Below, in pieces: positions 53,364 through 62,717 of a DNA stretch of 64,000 bases (positions within the stretch are counted from its first letter, which is position 1; the number at the start of each line of letters is the position of its first letter). The translations under genes and the position numbers were made by a program. The notes beneath the pieces were generated by a model, which had not been told where the DNA came from, searched no databases, and saw only the letters and a program-made list of their open reading frames with translations. The stretch lies in the NCBI GenBank assembly GCA_045106235.1, contig JBGCEJ010000013.1:70179-134178 (forward strand). Reading direction: 5' to 3'. The DNA is from Myxococcota bacterium (GTDB taxonomy: Bacteria; Myxococcota_A; UBA9160; UBA4427).

Positions 53364-54956
53364 GTGAAGAAGTCGCCCCGCCAAAACAACCCGCCCGATC
53401 GAAATTCGGCCCGCAGCGCATTCGTGGGCCTTCTGATCGCAGCGAGCCTGCTTTTCGGACTCGGCCTTGGGGGAACAGACCTCTGGGCGCCCGACGAGCC
53501 CCGCTACGGCGCGATCGCCGAGGAAATGCGCTCCGGTCGCCACGGCGCAGAGGGGTGGGTGCTTCTTCATCTCAACGATGCCCCTTACACTCAAAAGCCG
53601 CCGCTCTATTTCTGGTTTGCCGCGGCCCTCGGAGCGCCTCTCGGACGTGTCACCGAAGTCGCGGCGCGCCTTCCCTCTGTATTGGCTGGCATTTTCTGCG
53701 TCGGCCTCACCGCCCGGATCGCCCGCAGACTGGGCGCCCATCCTCGCGCAGCCCTACTGGCGGCCGCCCTCCTCGCAACCAGCTTCCGATTCATCTTCAC
53801 GGCCCGACGCGCTCAACTCGACGTCCTCCTCACCGCCTTCGAACTCATCGCCGTCGCCCTCTTCGTCGCGGCCGAGTTCCGAGCAAGCGACGACGGCCAG
53901 CCCGACGCGCCCCCGACGCTTCAAATCGCGGGCATCCACGCCGCGATGGGCGCCGCGGCGCTTGTAAAAGGTCCCGTCGGGTGGCTGCCCCTTCTGATCA
54001 TGGCGGCCTATCTCGGGTGGCAGGGTCGGATTCGCTGCTTCCGCCGCTACAGCCCCGCCTGGGCACTGCTCCTCTCTTTCGGACCACTATTGATCTGGAT
54101 CAGCGGCGCCATAGCGCTCGCGCCACCCGGATTCGCTGAAATTGCGGTGGGCGAAAACGTGTTTGGGCGCTTCTTCTCGGGCACCTCACACGTCCGCCCT
54201 TTCTATTATTTCCTCTTTCAGCTCCCACTCGATTTCCTGCCCTGGGCCTTCTTCCTGCCCTTCGCGATCCCCGTTCTCTGGAATCGAGCACGAACGTCGC
54301 CAGCTGAACCGAGCGCGCACGCCACCTCCGCGGCCCGGTTCCTCGCCTGCTGGGCGCTCGTCCCCTTGATCTTCTTCACACTCTCCGCGGGAAAACGCGG
54401 GGTCTACCTGCTCCCGATCTTTCCTGCGCTCTCGATGATCTGCCTCTATGCGGCTCCCGGATACGCCGCATCCGGAATCTGGCCCTTGGCCGAACCCGCT
54501 CGTAATTGGGCTCGACGCAGCTTCGTCTGCGTAGCTGTCATCGCCCTCATCGAACTCGCCGGATTCGCTTTCGGCCTACCGCTTCTGCAAGCCGAAAAAT
54601 CGCCGCGCCCGATCGCCGAAGGAATCGCCCGGCAGGCCGGGCCTCTTGAAACGGTCGGGGTCTACGGATTGACGCCGATTGAGGGAGGCCTCGCGTATTA
54701 CGGTGGCCTCCGAACTGAGTCGCTCCGCTCGGAACCTCAGCTCGCGACGTTCCTCGACGGGGGTGAAGACGGAAGCAGGACCAGCGACGCGGGCAGGCTC
54801 GTCCTACTCCGCGCGCGGCATTTTGAAGCCTTGGCACCGCGATTCGGTCTCCGCCGGATCGCCGCCTTTCGAAAAGGTCGCAGGCAGCTCATCCTGGCCG
54901 AACCCCGCCCAAATTCCCAAGGGGATCACATATCTACGCTTGAGCCCCCCTCGTAG
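53364..54956 (+). CDS. GT39/GT83-like (ArnT/PMT_2 type) membrane glycosyltransferase
   Basis: Polytopic membrane protein. DLWAPDEPRYGAIAEEM...PPLYFW near the N-terminus is typical of ArnT-like lipid-linked-sugar transferases. GTG start. Confidence 0.8.
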   Translation: MKKSPRQNNPPDRNSARSAFVGLLIAASLLFGLGLGGTDLWAPDEPRYGAIAEEMRSGRHGAEGWVLLHLNDAPYTQKPPLYFWFAAALGAPLGRVTEVAARLPSVLAGIFCVGLTARIARRLGAHPRAALLAAALLATSFRFIFTARRAQLDVLLTAFELIAVALFVAAEFRASDDGQPDAPPTLQIAGIHAAMGAAALVKGPVGWLPLLIMAAYLGWQGRIRCFRRYSPAWALLLSFGPLLIWISGAIALAPPGFAEIAVGENVFGRFFSGTSHVRPFYYFLFQLPLDFLPWAFFLPFAIPVLWNRARTSPAEPSAHATSAARFLACWALVPLIFFTLSAGKRGVYLLPIFPALSMICLYAAPGYAASGIWPLAEPARNWARRSFVCVAVIALIELAGFAFGLPLLQAEKSPRPIAEGIARQAGPLETVGVYGLTPIEGGLAYYGGLRTESLRSEPQLATFLDGGEDGSRTSDAGRLVLLRARHFEALAPRFGLRRIAAFRKGRRQLILAEPRPNSQGDHISTLEPPS

Positions 54957-55333
54957 CTCCGTTTTCCACTGGCATCGGAATCCCCTATATCCCCGATATT
55001 GATAAGATTTTGACCCTTCAGGCTCCCATCCTCATGGTCGCTCCGCTAAGCTCCAGCCGTTCGGAAAACGACCCATTCTTGCGCGTCTCGCCCTCCATAC
55101 GGGCCACAAGAGACGGCGCGAGTTCGATCACGAGGAGCGCTTTTCGCGGTTCATCGGTCGATCGGTCCATCGGCACGTCGCGCCGAGAGGGCATATCGAA
55201 AGGCAAGACGAGAGCCGAGACGAGACCCGCAACCCAGAGCTGCAGGTCAGTCCCCGCGAAACAAGGCCGAAATCCGAAGCAGGGTCGCACGCCGAAAGCC
55301 GAAATACATCAACTGAAGAAAGAGGAGACAGCC

Positions 55334-56620
55334 ATGCCTGAAACCGCACAACTTCGACTCGGGGACAAAACCTACGACCTCCCCGTCATCGTGGGCTCCG
55401 AGGGCGAACACGCCATCGACATCACAAAGCTCCGCGCTCAGTCCGGCTACATCACCCTCGACCCCGGCTACGCGAACTCCGGCTCCTGCCAGAGCGATAT
55501 CACCTTCATCGACGGCGAAGAGGGCATCCTTCGCTACCGCGGCATCCCGATCGAACAGCTCGCCGAAAAATCGACGTTCATCGAAGTCAGCTACCTCATG
55601 ATCTACGGCAAGCTGCCCACGGCGACGGAGCTGGAAAACTTCGCCGGCACGATCAGCCGACACACTATGCTCCACGAAGACTTTAAGAAAATGTACTCGG
55701 CGCTGCCGAAGGACGCTCATCCCATGGCGGCGTGCTCCGCGCTGGTCGGAGCCCTCGCGACTTTCTACCCGGACTCCCTGGATCCCCGCGATCCCGGCGA
55801 AGTCGACGTCTCGATCCATCGCCTGATCGCGAAACTCCCAACGCTCGCAGCCTATGCCTACAAGCATTCCATTGGGCAGCCCTTCCTCTACCCCAAGAAT
55901 GACCTCGACTATGTCGGCAATTTCTTGCGCATGATGTTTGGGAATCCCTGCGAAGAATTCGAAGTCGACCCGGTCGTGAAGAACGCCCTCGACCTGCTCT
56001 TCATCCTGCACGCGGACCATGAACAGAACTGCTCGACGAGCGCGACTCGCCTGGTCGGATCCTCCATGGTGAACCTCTTCGGAACGATCTCGGCCTCGAT
56101 CAACGCGCTTTGGGGACCGCTCCACGGCGGCGCCAACCAGGCCGTGATCGAAATGCTCGAAGCGATCGCCAAGGAAGGACAGACCGCGAAGGAATTCCTC
56201 GAACGCGCCAAGAGCGGCGACGAGAGCGCTCGTCTGATGGGCTTCGGCCACCGCGTATACAAGAACTACGACCCGCGCGCGAAGGTGATCAAGAAGGCCT
56301 GCGACGACGTGCTGGACCGCATGGGCATTCATAGCCCGCTGCTCGAAATCGCGAAGGAACTCGAAGAGATTACGCTCAAGGATGACTATTTCGTTGAGCG
56401 GAAGCTCTACCCGAACGTCGACTTCTACTCGGGCGTGATTTACAACGCGATCGGCACCCCCGCCAACATGTTCACCGCCATGTTCGCCATCGGTCGACTC
56501 CCGGGCTGGATCGCGCAGTGGAAAGAACTCCACGAAGACCCCGCGTTCAAGATCGCGCGGCCGCGCCAGATCTACACGGGACCGAACGAGACGGACTACA
56601 CCCCGATCGGGAATCGCTAG
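55334..56620 (+). CDS. gltA: citrate synthase (type II)
   Basis: 428 aa from the ATG at 55334 (GAGGAG upstream). LHADHEQNCSTS, GPLHGGAN and MGFGHRVYKNYDPR motifs. Confidence 0.95.
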   Translation: MPETAQLRLGDKTYDLPVIVGSEGEHAIDITKLRAQSGYITLDPGYANSGSCQSDITFIDGEEGILRYRGIPIEQLAEKSTFIEVSYLMIYGKLPTATELENFAGTISRHTMLHEDFKKMYSALPKDAHPMAACSALVGALATFYPDSLDPRDPGEVDVSIHRLIAKLPTLAAYAYKHSIGQPFLYPKNDLDYVGNFLRMMFGNPCEEFEVDPVVKNALDLLFILHADHEQNCSTSATRLVGSSMVNLFGTISASINALWGPLHGGANQAVIEMLEAIAKEGQTAKEFLERAKSGDESARLMGFGHRVYKNYDPRAKVIKKACDDVLDRMGIHSPLLEIAKELEEITLKDDYFVERKLYPNVDFYSGVIYNAIGTPANMFTAMFAIGRLPGWIAQWKELHEDPAFKIARPRQIYTGPNETDYTPIGNR

Positions 56621-56650
56621 GGCGTTGCCCGAAAGACTCCGCTGGGCTGA

Positions 56651-57415
56651 TTGGGCGGCAGGATGGCCCCATTGAATTACGACAACGAGGCGTCGGAGCA
56701 TCTGCTTCGGCGCCTCGGTTCGTATACGACGGCGCGCGTCTCACGCGGCCGCGTTGAACGAACCGAGCGCCATGCCCTGCGCCTCGCGCGGGACGCGCGG
56801 CGCCTTGGCCTGCCCGCCCCGAAGCTCTCCTTGATCGAATCGCTGTTCAGAGAGACGGCGGAAAGAGAATTCCCGGACGCGGACGGCATCGTCCGAGTCG
56901 AATGGTCGCGCCTTGGGGAGCAGGCCCCCGAACTCATCGCCCGCCACCGCAGCCTTGGCGATTCGCCCCCCTGCTGGCGCGCGTGCAGCGCCGTGACTCT
57001 GCATCCCGGCCCAGAGGCGCTCCGAAATACGAAAGCCGTCACTGTTCCGGCGTACGATTCAAGCCGCGAAGAGATGAAGCGATTCGGCGTTGAAGAAGTT
57101 CTTCTTTTCGATGCCGCAGGGATACTCGTTGAAGGGTGCCGATCCAACCTTCTTCTCGTCCTCGAAGACGACGCGTTTGTCACGCCCGACCTTTCACTCG
57201 GCCCGGTCGAAGGGATTGGACTTCAGATTGTCGCCGAGAGCCGAAGCGATCTCAATTTTGCCCGCGTCCAGCGCGACGCCGTCAAGAGCGCAAAAGAAAT
57301 CATGGCGGTCAATGCCGTTCGCGGCGTTGTCCCCGTGACCGAGCTGGACCAGAAGCCAGTCGGCTCCGGCCAGGCCGGGCCCGTCGCGAAGTCGCTCGCC
57401 TCGCTATTCGGCTGA
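56651..57415 (+). CDS. aminotransferase class IV family protein (aminodeoxychorismate-lyase-like)
   Basis: EVLLFDAAGILVEGCRSNLLLV and MAVNAVRGVVPV blocks are typical of fold-type IV PLP enzymes. The start may be the ATG at 56663. Confidence 0.55.
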   Translation: MGGRMAPLNYDNEASEHLLRRLGSYTTARVSRGRVERTERHALRLARDARRLGLPAPKLSLIESLFRETAEREFPDADGIVRVEWSRLGEQAPELIARHRSLGDSPPCWRACSAVTLHPGPEALRNTKAVTVPAYDSSREEMKRFGVEEVLLFDAAGILVEGCRSNLLLVLEDDAFVTPDLSLGPVEGIGLQIVAESRSDLNFARVQRDAVKSAKEIMAVNAVRGVVPVTELDQKPVGSGQAGPVAKSLASLFG

Positions 57416-59482
57416 ATCCCCCGCCGCAGGCTCTCTCGAAGGACCGCTCGAAGTGCCATTTGAAGCGCCATCTAAATCGCCACCTGAAGCGCCGCCTGAA
57501 GCGCCATAGCCTAACGCCTCAAGTTCGCGTTCAAGATCGACGGAGATTTCTCGCGGCCGGACTTTCTTTGGCTCGATCAGCGAACGAGCGCGATGCGCCG
57601 CGAGAACCTGACGTAGCTGTTCCCGCTCCGCCGGATACCTTTGAGAGACATCGTTTTTCTCCGCAGGGTCCGCCTCGCGATCAAAGAGGCCTCCTTCATC
57701 CTCCCGGCGTTTTCCTCGCCCCTCAATCCAGACCCAGCGCCCCGACTCCACCCGGGCCCGCGCACCGTATTCACTCAGAACGGGCCGCAGCGCGGAAACG
57801 CCGCCGCCTAACAGATCGCGCCCCTCGGCGCGTTCCAACCCGACAACGCCCAACCGACCAAGGAGCGTCGGTCCGAGGTCCAGAAGCGAAACCGGACGTG
57901 CGTCGCGCCCCGGCGTGATGCCTTCCCCGCTGATCAAAAAGGGCACATGGACATTCTCGACGAAGAGGTCCCCATGCTCCCAACCGCCGTGCTCACCGAA
58001 CTGCTCCCCGTGATCTCCCGAAACTGCCACAATCGTGTCCGCGGAAAGAAGCCCCCGCTTTTCAAGCCCAATCCAAAGCCGAGCAAGCTGCGCATCGAGA
58101 TAAGCAACCTCCGCCGCGTAGAGCCGCGCCAACTGCTTGCGCTCGTTAGGAAGAACCTCGCCCCCGGACTCAAGGCGCGCATGAAGCGTCCGCGCTCGTC
58201 CATCAATCGGTCCCGCGTAGCGCAGCGCCTCCTCTGGTAGCCAGGCGGTCGGCGCCGCGTAGTCGATATGCGGATCCATGAAATGGGCATACAGAAAAAA
58301 AGGCCGCGCCTCGCCCTCGCGAAGATCCTCGACCGCATCAGCCCAGCGCAGCACCGCGTTCACCAACTGCGCCGCGGACTCGCCCTCTGCGCGGTCGCCC
58401 CCAACAAGACGATAATCATCGAATCGCGAGGCAAGACCGCTCCCCTCTCCCAAAAACGGATTCTTCTGAAAACCCGCGGCGTAGTAGCCCGCGACACGTA
58501 GAGCATCCACCCAGGTCTGCGCCGCTTCATCCAGCCCGATTTGATCCGCCGCCCCCCTTGATCGCCCCCGTCCCTCCGGATCAAGGCTCGAGGGCCAGCG
58601 GGAGGTCAGCGCGCTGAACATCGAAGGCATCGTCCAAGGCGCGGGCGCAAGCGCACGTTCAAAAACCAAACTCCGACGGGCCAGGGCATCCAGAAAGGGC
58701 GTCTGGGGCACACGTTCGGACGAGGAGGACGGCGGGGGCGGAGGCGAGGAGTTGAGGGGTTCTAGGCTCCTCACGTATGCGCCTAGCGCATCCGCGCGCA
58801 ATGTATCGACCACGATCCACACGAGATCGGGGGGCCTTTCCGCATCCAACGAACTCGAGCTCGGCGAACCGCTTGAGGAGGCGACGCTTTTCCAGGAACG
58901 GATCACGCGATTCGCATCGACGCGAACAAGACCGGATTGAATCAAGCTGCCCAGAGCGATCGCGGCGGCCAGAACCGCCCATCGCGAAACCACGTCGCTC
59001 CTCAGAGGGCGCGCCGCTTTTGCCGGTCCACCCCCGCCTGAGATCTGCGACCGATGCCCCTTCCGATGAACTAACATCGAAACGGCCGAGAGCGCAAGAA
59101 AAGCGGCGGCGACACTCAACGCAGACTCGGGATTTCGAACAGAAAGACCGGGAATACGGAATCCCCCGGTCCACAGAATGCCTACGCCGATTGCGCCGAC
59201 GCCGAGCCCGAGAACGGACGGCCAAGCAGACGAACGTCGACCCCCACCCATTCCGGTATCCAGAGTGGGCGGGTCTTGCCCGATTGCGACCCAGAGCCAA
59301 AGAATGAGTGCCGCAAGGAGGAGCCACGCGGTCTCAAAGCCGTACCAAGAGACCCCAAAGGTTTCGCCGAGGAACCAGTCGGCGCCGCCCGAAAAGAGCG
59401 TTGCGCAAACGGGGACCAGCAGACTCAGCTCCGCGCAAGCCACTCCCGCCAGGAGTCGGGAAGGCGAAGACAGAATGGGCAT
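57404..59482 (-). CDS. membrane-anchored sulfatase-like hydrolase/transferase
   Basis: N-terminal multi-TM region. DLVWIVVDTLRADALG, PWTMPSMFSALTS (Thr/Ser nucleophile type), FFLYAHFMDPH and VSGDHGEQFGEHG. Confidence 0.8.
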   Translation of the reverse strand: MPILSSPSRLLAGVACAELSLLVPVCATLFSGGADWFLGETFGVSWYGFETAWLLLAALILWLWVAIGQDPPTLDTGMGGGRRSSAWPSVLGLGVGAIGVGILWTGGFRIPGLSVRNPESALSVAAAFLALSAVSMLVHRKGHRSQISGGGGPAKAARPLRSDVVSRWAVLAAAIALGSLIQSGLVRVDANRVIRSWKSVASSSGSPSSSSLDAERPPDLVWIVVDTLRADALGAYVRSLEPLNSSPPPPPSSSSERVPQTPFLDALARRSLVFERALAPAPWTMPSMFSALTSRWPSSLDPEGRGRSRGAADQIGLDEAAQTWVDALRVAGYYAAGFQKNPFLGEGSGLASRFDDYRLVGGDRAEGESAAQLVNAVLRWADAVEDLREGEARPFFLYAHFMDPHIDYAAPTAWLPEEALRYAGPIDGRARTLHARLESGGEVLPNERKQLARLYAAEVAYLDAQLARLWIGLEKRGLLSADTIVAVSGDHGEQFGEHGGWEHGDLFVENVHVPFLISGEGITPGRDARPVSLLDLGPTLLGRLGVVGLERAEGRDLLGGGVSALRPVLSEYGARARVESGRWVWIEGRGKRREDEGGLFDREADPAEKNDVSQRYPAEREQLRQVLAAHRARSLIEPKKVRPREISVDLERELEALGYGASGGASGGDLDGASNGTSSGPSREPAAGDSAE

Positions 59483-59576
59483 ATCCGCAGAATCGCAGAT
59501 CTTGCGCGATGCGGAAAATCCGCGGCGCGGCGATCGGCTAAATCGGGGCTACGGGCTCGGGGCGAAGCGCCTCGGT

Positions 59577-59999
59577 CTAGTGAAGCGATTCCCGATTCCC
59601 GAAGACGGAAGTCAGGACGTCCTTCACCGACAGCTCGATGCGTCCGGGCTGAACCTCAAGCATGCGCTGCTCAAACTCCGGGGCTTCCGCGGTGGGAAAC
59701 TCGTCGCAGAACTGGCCGAAGATCCGAACCAGGACTTCCGCTGCGCCCGTCGCATTCACGTCGGCCAGATACAGCACCGCCCGCTCTCGCGTCATGCGGA
59801 AAATCTGATCCTCAACGCGCAGAGCGCTCTCGAGGTACGCCAAATAGTCGGGGAAGAGAAGGTCGCCCTCCTCTGCCGCAACGCCTACGACCACCGAACT
59901 CACCGAATGCGCTTCGGCCAGTTCAGAAACGCGAGCGATCATGGCGGAAAGCTTGCGGGGGTCGTCATTTTGATCACGAGTCATTTGTGCTTGGACCAT
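59577..59999 (-). CDS. hypothetical protein
   Basis: 140 aa from the ATG at 59999. There is no confident motif. It is divergent from the ars operon. Confidence 0.4.
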   Translation of the reverse strand: MVQAQMTRDQNDDPRKLSAMIARVSELAEAHSVSSVVVGVAAEEGDLLFPDYLAYLESALRVEDQIFRMTRERAVLYLADVNATGAAEVLVRIFGQFCDEFPTAEAPEFEQRMLEVQPGRIELSVKDVLTSVFGNRESLH

Positions 60000-60133
60000 A
60001 ACAGTCTCTCTATCGACGCGAGGGGGGCAGTTCTGAAGTCGGGATCCCGCATTCACGTGCACAGTTCCTTCCCCTCGGGACTTCGGCGCCCCTTAATGAT
60101 TGCATTGTTGCGCAAACGTGATATTTAAAAGGA

Positions 60134-60499
60134 ATGGCTAAACCCGAACTCGAAGATTCCTGCATGACGGCGCTGGAGTCGCATCTCGACCCGGAGCTTT
60201 TTCAGGCGCTCTGCGACCCGACCCGGCTCACTCTCCTCGCTCGCCTCGCGGCCTGCGGCCGTGCACTCACGGTGACGGAGGCCTCGGAATGCTGCGGCAT
60301 TCACCTCTCGGGCGTCTCCCGACACCTGGGTCTGCTGAAACGAGCGGGCGTCGTGAAGGCCGAAAAGCAGGGACGCGAGATGCTCTACCGGCTCGAAGTA
60401 GAGACCGTGGCCTCAAGCCTGCGTGGCTTCGCCGACGCGCTCGAAGATTGCTGGGAAGCGGGCCAGCCCCCGCAGCCCGAATCCGAATCCGACCGTTAA
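60134..60499 (+). CDS. arsR: ArsR/SmtB family metalloregulator
   Basis: LCDPTRLTLLARLA...LTVTEASECCGIHLSGVSRHLGLLKRAGVV. This includes a vicinal Cys pair next to the HTH. Confidence 0.85.
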   Translation: MAKPELEDSCMTALESHLDPELFQALCDPTRLTLLARLAACGRALTVTEASECCGIHLSGVSRHLGLLKRAGVVKAEKQGREMLYRLEVETVASSLRGFADALEDCWEAGQPPQPESESDR

Positions 60500-60526
60500 A
60501 TCCCCCCACCAAAAGGACCTGCTGCC

Positions 60527-60970
60527 ATGAAACGGATCCATCTCCACATCAACGTCGAAGAAACGAAATTCGACGCCTCCACGCGCTTCTATGAAACGCT
60601 CTTCAATGCTGAGCCCACCCTCACCCGCCCGCACTACGCGAAGTGGATGCTTGAGGATCCTGCCGTGAACTTCACGCTCGAGGTTCTCGAGATCGAAGGA
60701 GACGTTCCCGGCATCCATCACCTCGGCATTCAGGTCGATGCCGAAGGGGAGCTAGAGCAGATCCGCTCGACGCTCGAAGCGGCGGAAGCCCCGCTGCTTG
60801 AGGTCGGCCGGACCCAGTGCTGCTTCGCGGACTCTGAAAAGAACTGGACCGCGGATCCCCAGGGCGTGCGCTGGGAGACCTTCCAGTCCTTCGGTCAGCT
60901 TTCCGAGTACGGCGCCAAAACCCCCAAAGAGCTTTCGCTCTATGCCGAGAATCTCGCCGATGAATCCTGA
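60527..60970 (+). CDS. arsI: ArsI/CadI-family VOC metalloenzyme (probable C-As lyase)
   Basis: IHLHINV...FYETLFNAEPTLTRPHYAKWML..AVNFTL...HLGIQVD...TQCCFA...W.ADPQGVRWETF. It is collinear with ArsI, including the vicinal Cys pair. Confidence 0.7.
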   Translation: MKRIHLHINVEETKFDASTRFYETLFNAEPTLTRPHYAKWMLEDPAVNFTLEVLEIEGDVPGIHHLGIQVDAEGELEQIRSTLEAAEAPLLEVGRTQCCFADSEKNWTADPQGVRWETFQSFGQLSEYGAKTPKELSLYAENLADES

Positions 60971-62030
60971 AAACGCGCCCGCCCCGGCCGAGGAAATGGG
61001 AACGTTTACGAAGTACCTCTCCGTCTGGGTCGTCCTTTCAATCCTCGCGGGCCTCGTCATCGGCAAACTTGCGCCCTGGGCCTTCTCCTGGCTTCAGGCC
61101 TTCGAAATCGGCAGCGTCAATCTCGCGATCGCGGTTTTGGTCTGGCTGATGATCTTCCCAACGATGGTCAAGGTCGACTTCTCCAAGCTGCGCGAAACGG
61201 GCGGCTGGGGCAAAGGCCTCGCGGTCACGCTGACGACGAACTGGCTGATCAAGCCCTTCTCGATGGCGGCGCTCGGCACGCTGTTTCTGACTGGGATCTT
61301 CGCACCTTGGATCGATCCAGGAGAAGCCAAGGGCTATATCGCCGGCCTCGTCCTGCTCGGTGCTGCGCCGTGCACCGGGATGGTCTTCGTTTGGAGCCGG
61401 CTCACAGGCGGAGACCCCACCTTTACCGTCGTCCAGGTCTCGATCAACGATCTCATTCTCCTCGTCGCCTTCGCCCCTCTCGTGGCGATCTTGCTCGGCG
61501 TGGCGGACGTCCAGATCCCTTGGACAACGCTCTTGCTCGCCACCGCCGTTTTCGTTGTGATGCCCCTCGTCGCCGGGTACGGCGTTCGACGCATCCTGCT
61601 CGCGCGCGGGGGCGAACCCGCCGTCAATGGGTTCGCCGACCGTTTCGCGCCCCTGACCTCCTATGGCCTCTTGCTCCTGGTCATCGTGCTTTTCGGCCTG
61701 CAGGCCGAGGCCGTCCTCGGCAATCCGCTCGCCGTCGCGCTCATCGCCGTCCCCATCACGCTTCAGGCCTACCTGATTTTCGCTGTGGCCTACGGTTGGG
61801 CCTGGGTCTGGCGCATGCCGACTGCGATCGCTGCTCCCGCCGCGCTGATCGGCACTTCGAATTTCTTTGAACTCGCCGTCGCTGTGGCCATCGGGCTCTT
61901 CGGAATCGATTCCCCCGCCGCCCTCGCCACGGTCGTCGGCGTCCTCGTCGAAGTCCCAGTCATGCTTACCCTCGTCCGCATCGCCAACGCCAGCCGCGAG
62001 CGCCTGGACGCTCGAGCGGCGGCAGCATGA
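60960..62030 (+). CDS. acr3: ACR3 family arsenite efflux transporter
   Basis: FTKYLSVWVVLSILAGLVIGK..., GAAPCTGMVFVW (conserved Cys) and 10 TM helices. The ATG at 60960 overlaps the arsI 3' end. Confidence 0.9.
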   Translation: MNPENAPAPAEEMGTFTKYLSVWVVLSILAGLVIGKLAPWAFSWLQAFEIGSVNLAIAVLVWLMIFPTMVKVDFSKLRETGGWGKGLAVTLTTNWLIKPFSMAALGTLFLTGIFAPWIDPGEAKGYIAGLVLLGAAPCTGMVFVWSRLTGGDPTFTVVQVSINDLILLVAFAPLVAILLGVADVQIPWTTLLLATAVFVVMPLVAGYGVRRILLARGGEPAVNGFADRFAPLTSYGLLLLVIVLFGLQAEAVLGNPLAVALIAVPITLQAYLIFAVAYGWAWVWRMPTAIAAPAALIGTSNFFELAVAVAIGLFGIDSPAALATVVGVLVEVPVMLTLVRIANASRERLDARAAAA

Positions 62031-62638
62031 TCCATCTCTACACCGCTCCGAGCCCGAACGGCCGGAAAGCACAAATTGCGCTCGAAGAACTCGGCCTCAC
62101 CTACCAGTCAACGCAGGTCAACGTGCGAAACGGTGCCCAACACGCGCCCGCGTTCCTTCGCCTCTGCCCGAATAGCAAGATCCCTGTGCTCGAGGACGAG
62201 GGGACCGTGGTCTGGGAGTCGGGCGCGATCCTGCTCTACCTCGCAGAACATCACGATCCCGAGCGGCGCCTCCTCGCCGCGGAACACAAAGAGCGCTGGG
62301 AGGCGATTCAGCTGACCTTCTTTCAAGCCGCCGGACTCGGCCCCAACCTCGGCCGACTTTCGGAACAGCTCCAGCGAACCGAGTCGGAGCGCAACGCCGA
62401 AATGGTCGGGACCTTTACCGCGGAAGTCGATCGCATTTTGGGGGTCCTCGACCGAATCCTCGAAGACGGCCGCCCCTTCCTTGCCGGCCGCTATTCCATC
62501 GCGGACATCATGCACTACCCATGGCTCCAACCCGTCCTCGCGCTGGGCGCGCCCCAAATCCGGGAACGGCCCCGCCTCGTTGAGTGGCTCGAGCGGCTTG
62601 CGGCCCGCCCTGCTGTGGTCGAAGGCCTTCGCGACTAA
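62027..62638 (+). CDS. glutathione S-transferase family protein
   Basis: IHLYTAPSPNGRKAQIALEELGL...KIPVLEDEGTVVWESGAILLYL is the thioredoxin-like GST N-domain. ATGA overlap with acr3. Confidence 0.8.
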   Translation: MIHLYTAPSPNGRKAQIALEELGLTYQSTQVNVRNGAQHAPAFLRLCPNSKIPVLEDEGTVVWESGAILLYLAEHHDPERRLLAAEHKERWEAIQLTFFQAAGLGPNLGRLSEQLQRTESERNAEMVGTFTAEVDRILGVLDRILEDGRPFLAGRYSIADIMHYPWLQPVLALGAPQIRERPRLVEWLERLAARPAVVEGLRD

Positions 62639-62717
62639 GCGAAGCCCACGGGTCCCCGCACAATGGATCTGCAACCGATCGATGACGGCAGACCCCGCTC
62701 CCGTCTTCTAAGGTTCA

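Noticed and set aside
60090-60115. TTGCGCAA palindrome in the arsR upstream spacer as the ArsR operator
   Set aside because: It is only an 8-bp self-complementary core, and the surrounding sequence is not symmetric. That is too weak to call without comparative or binding data.
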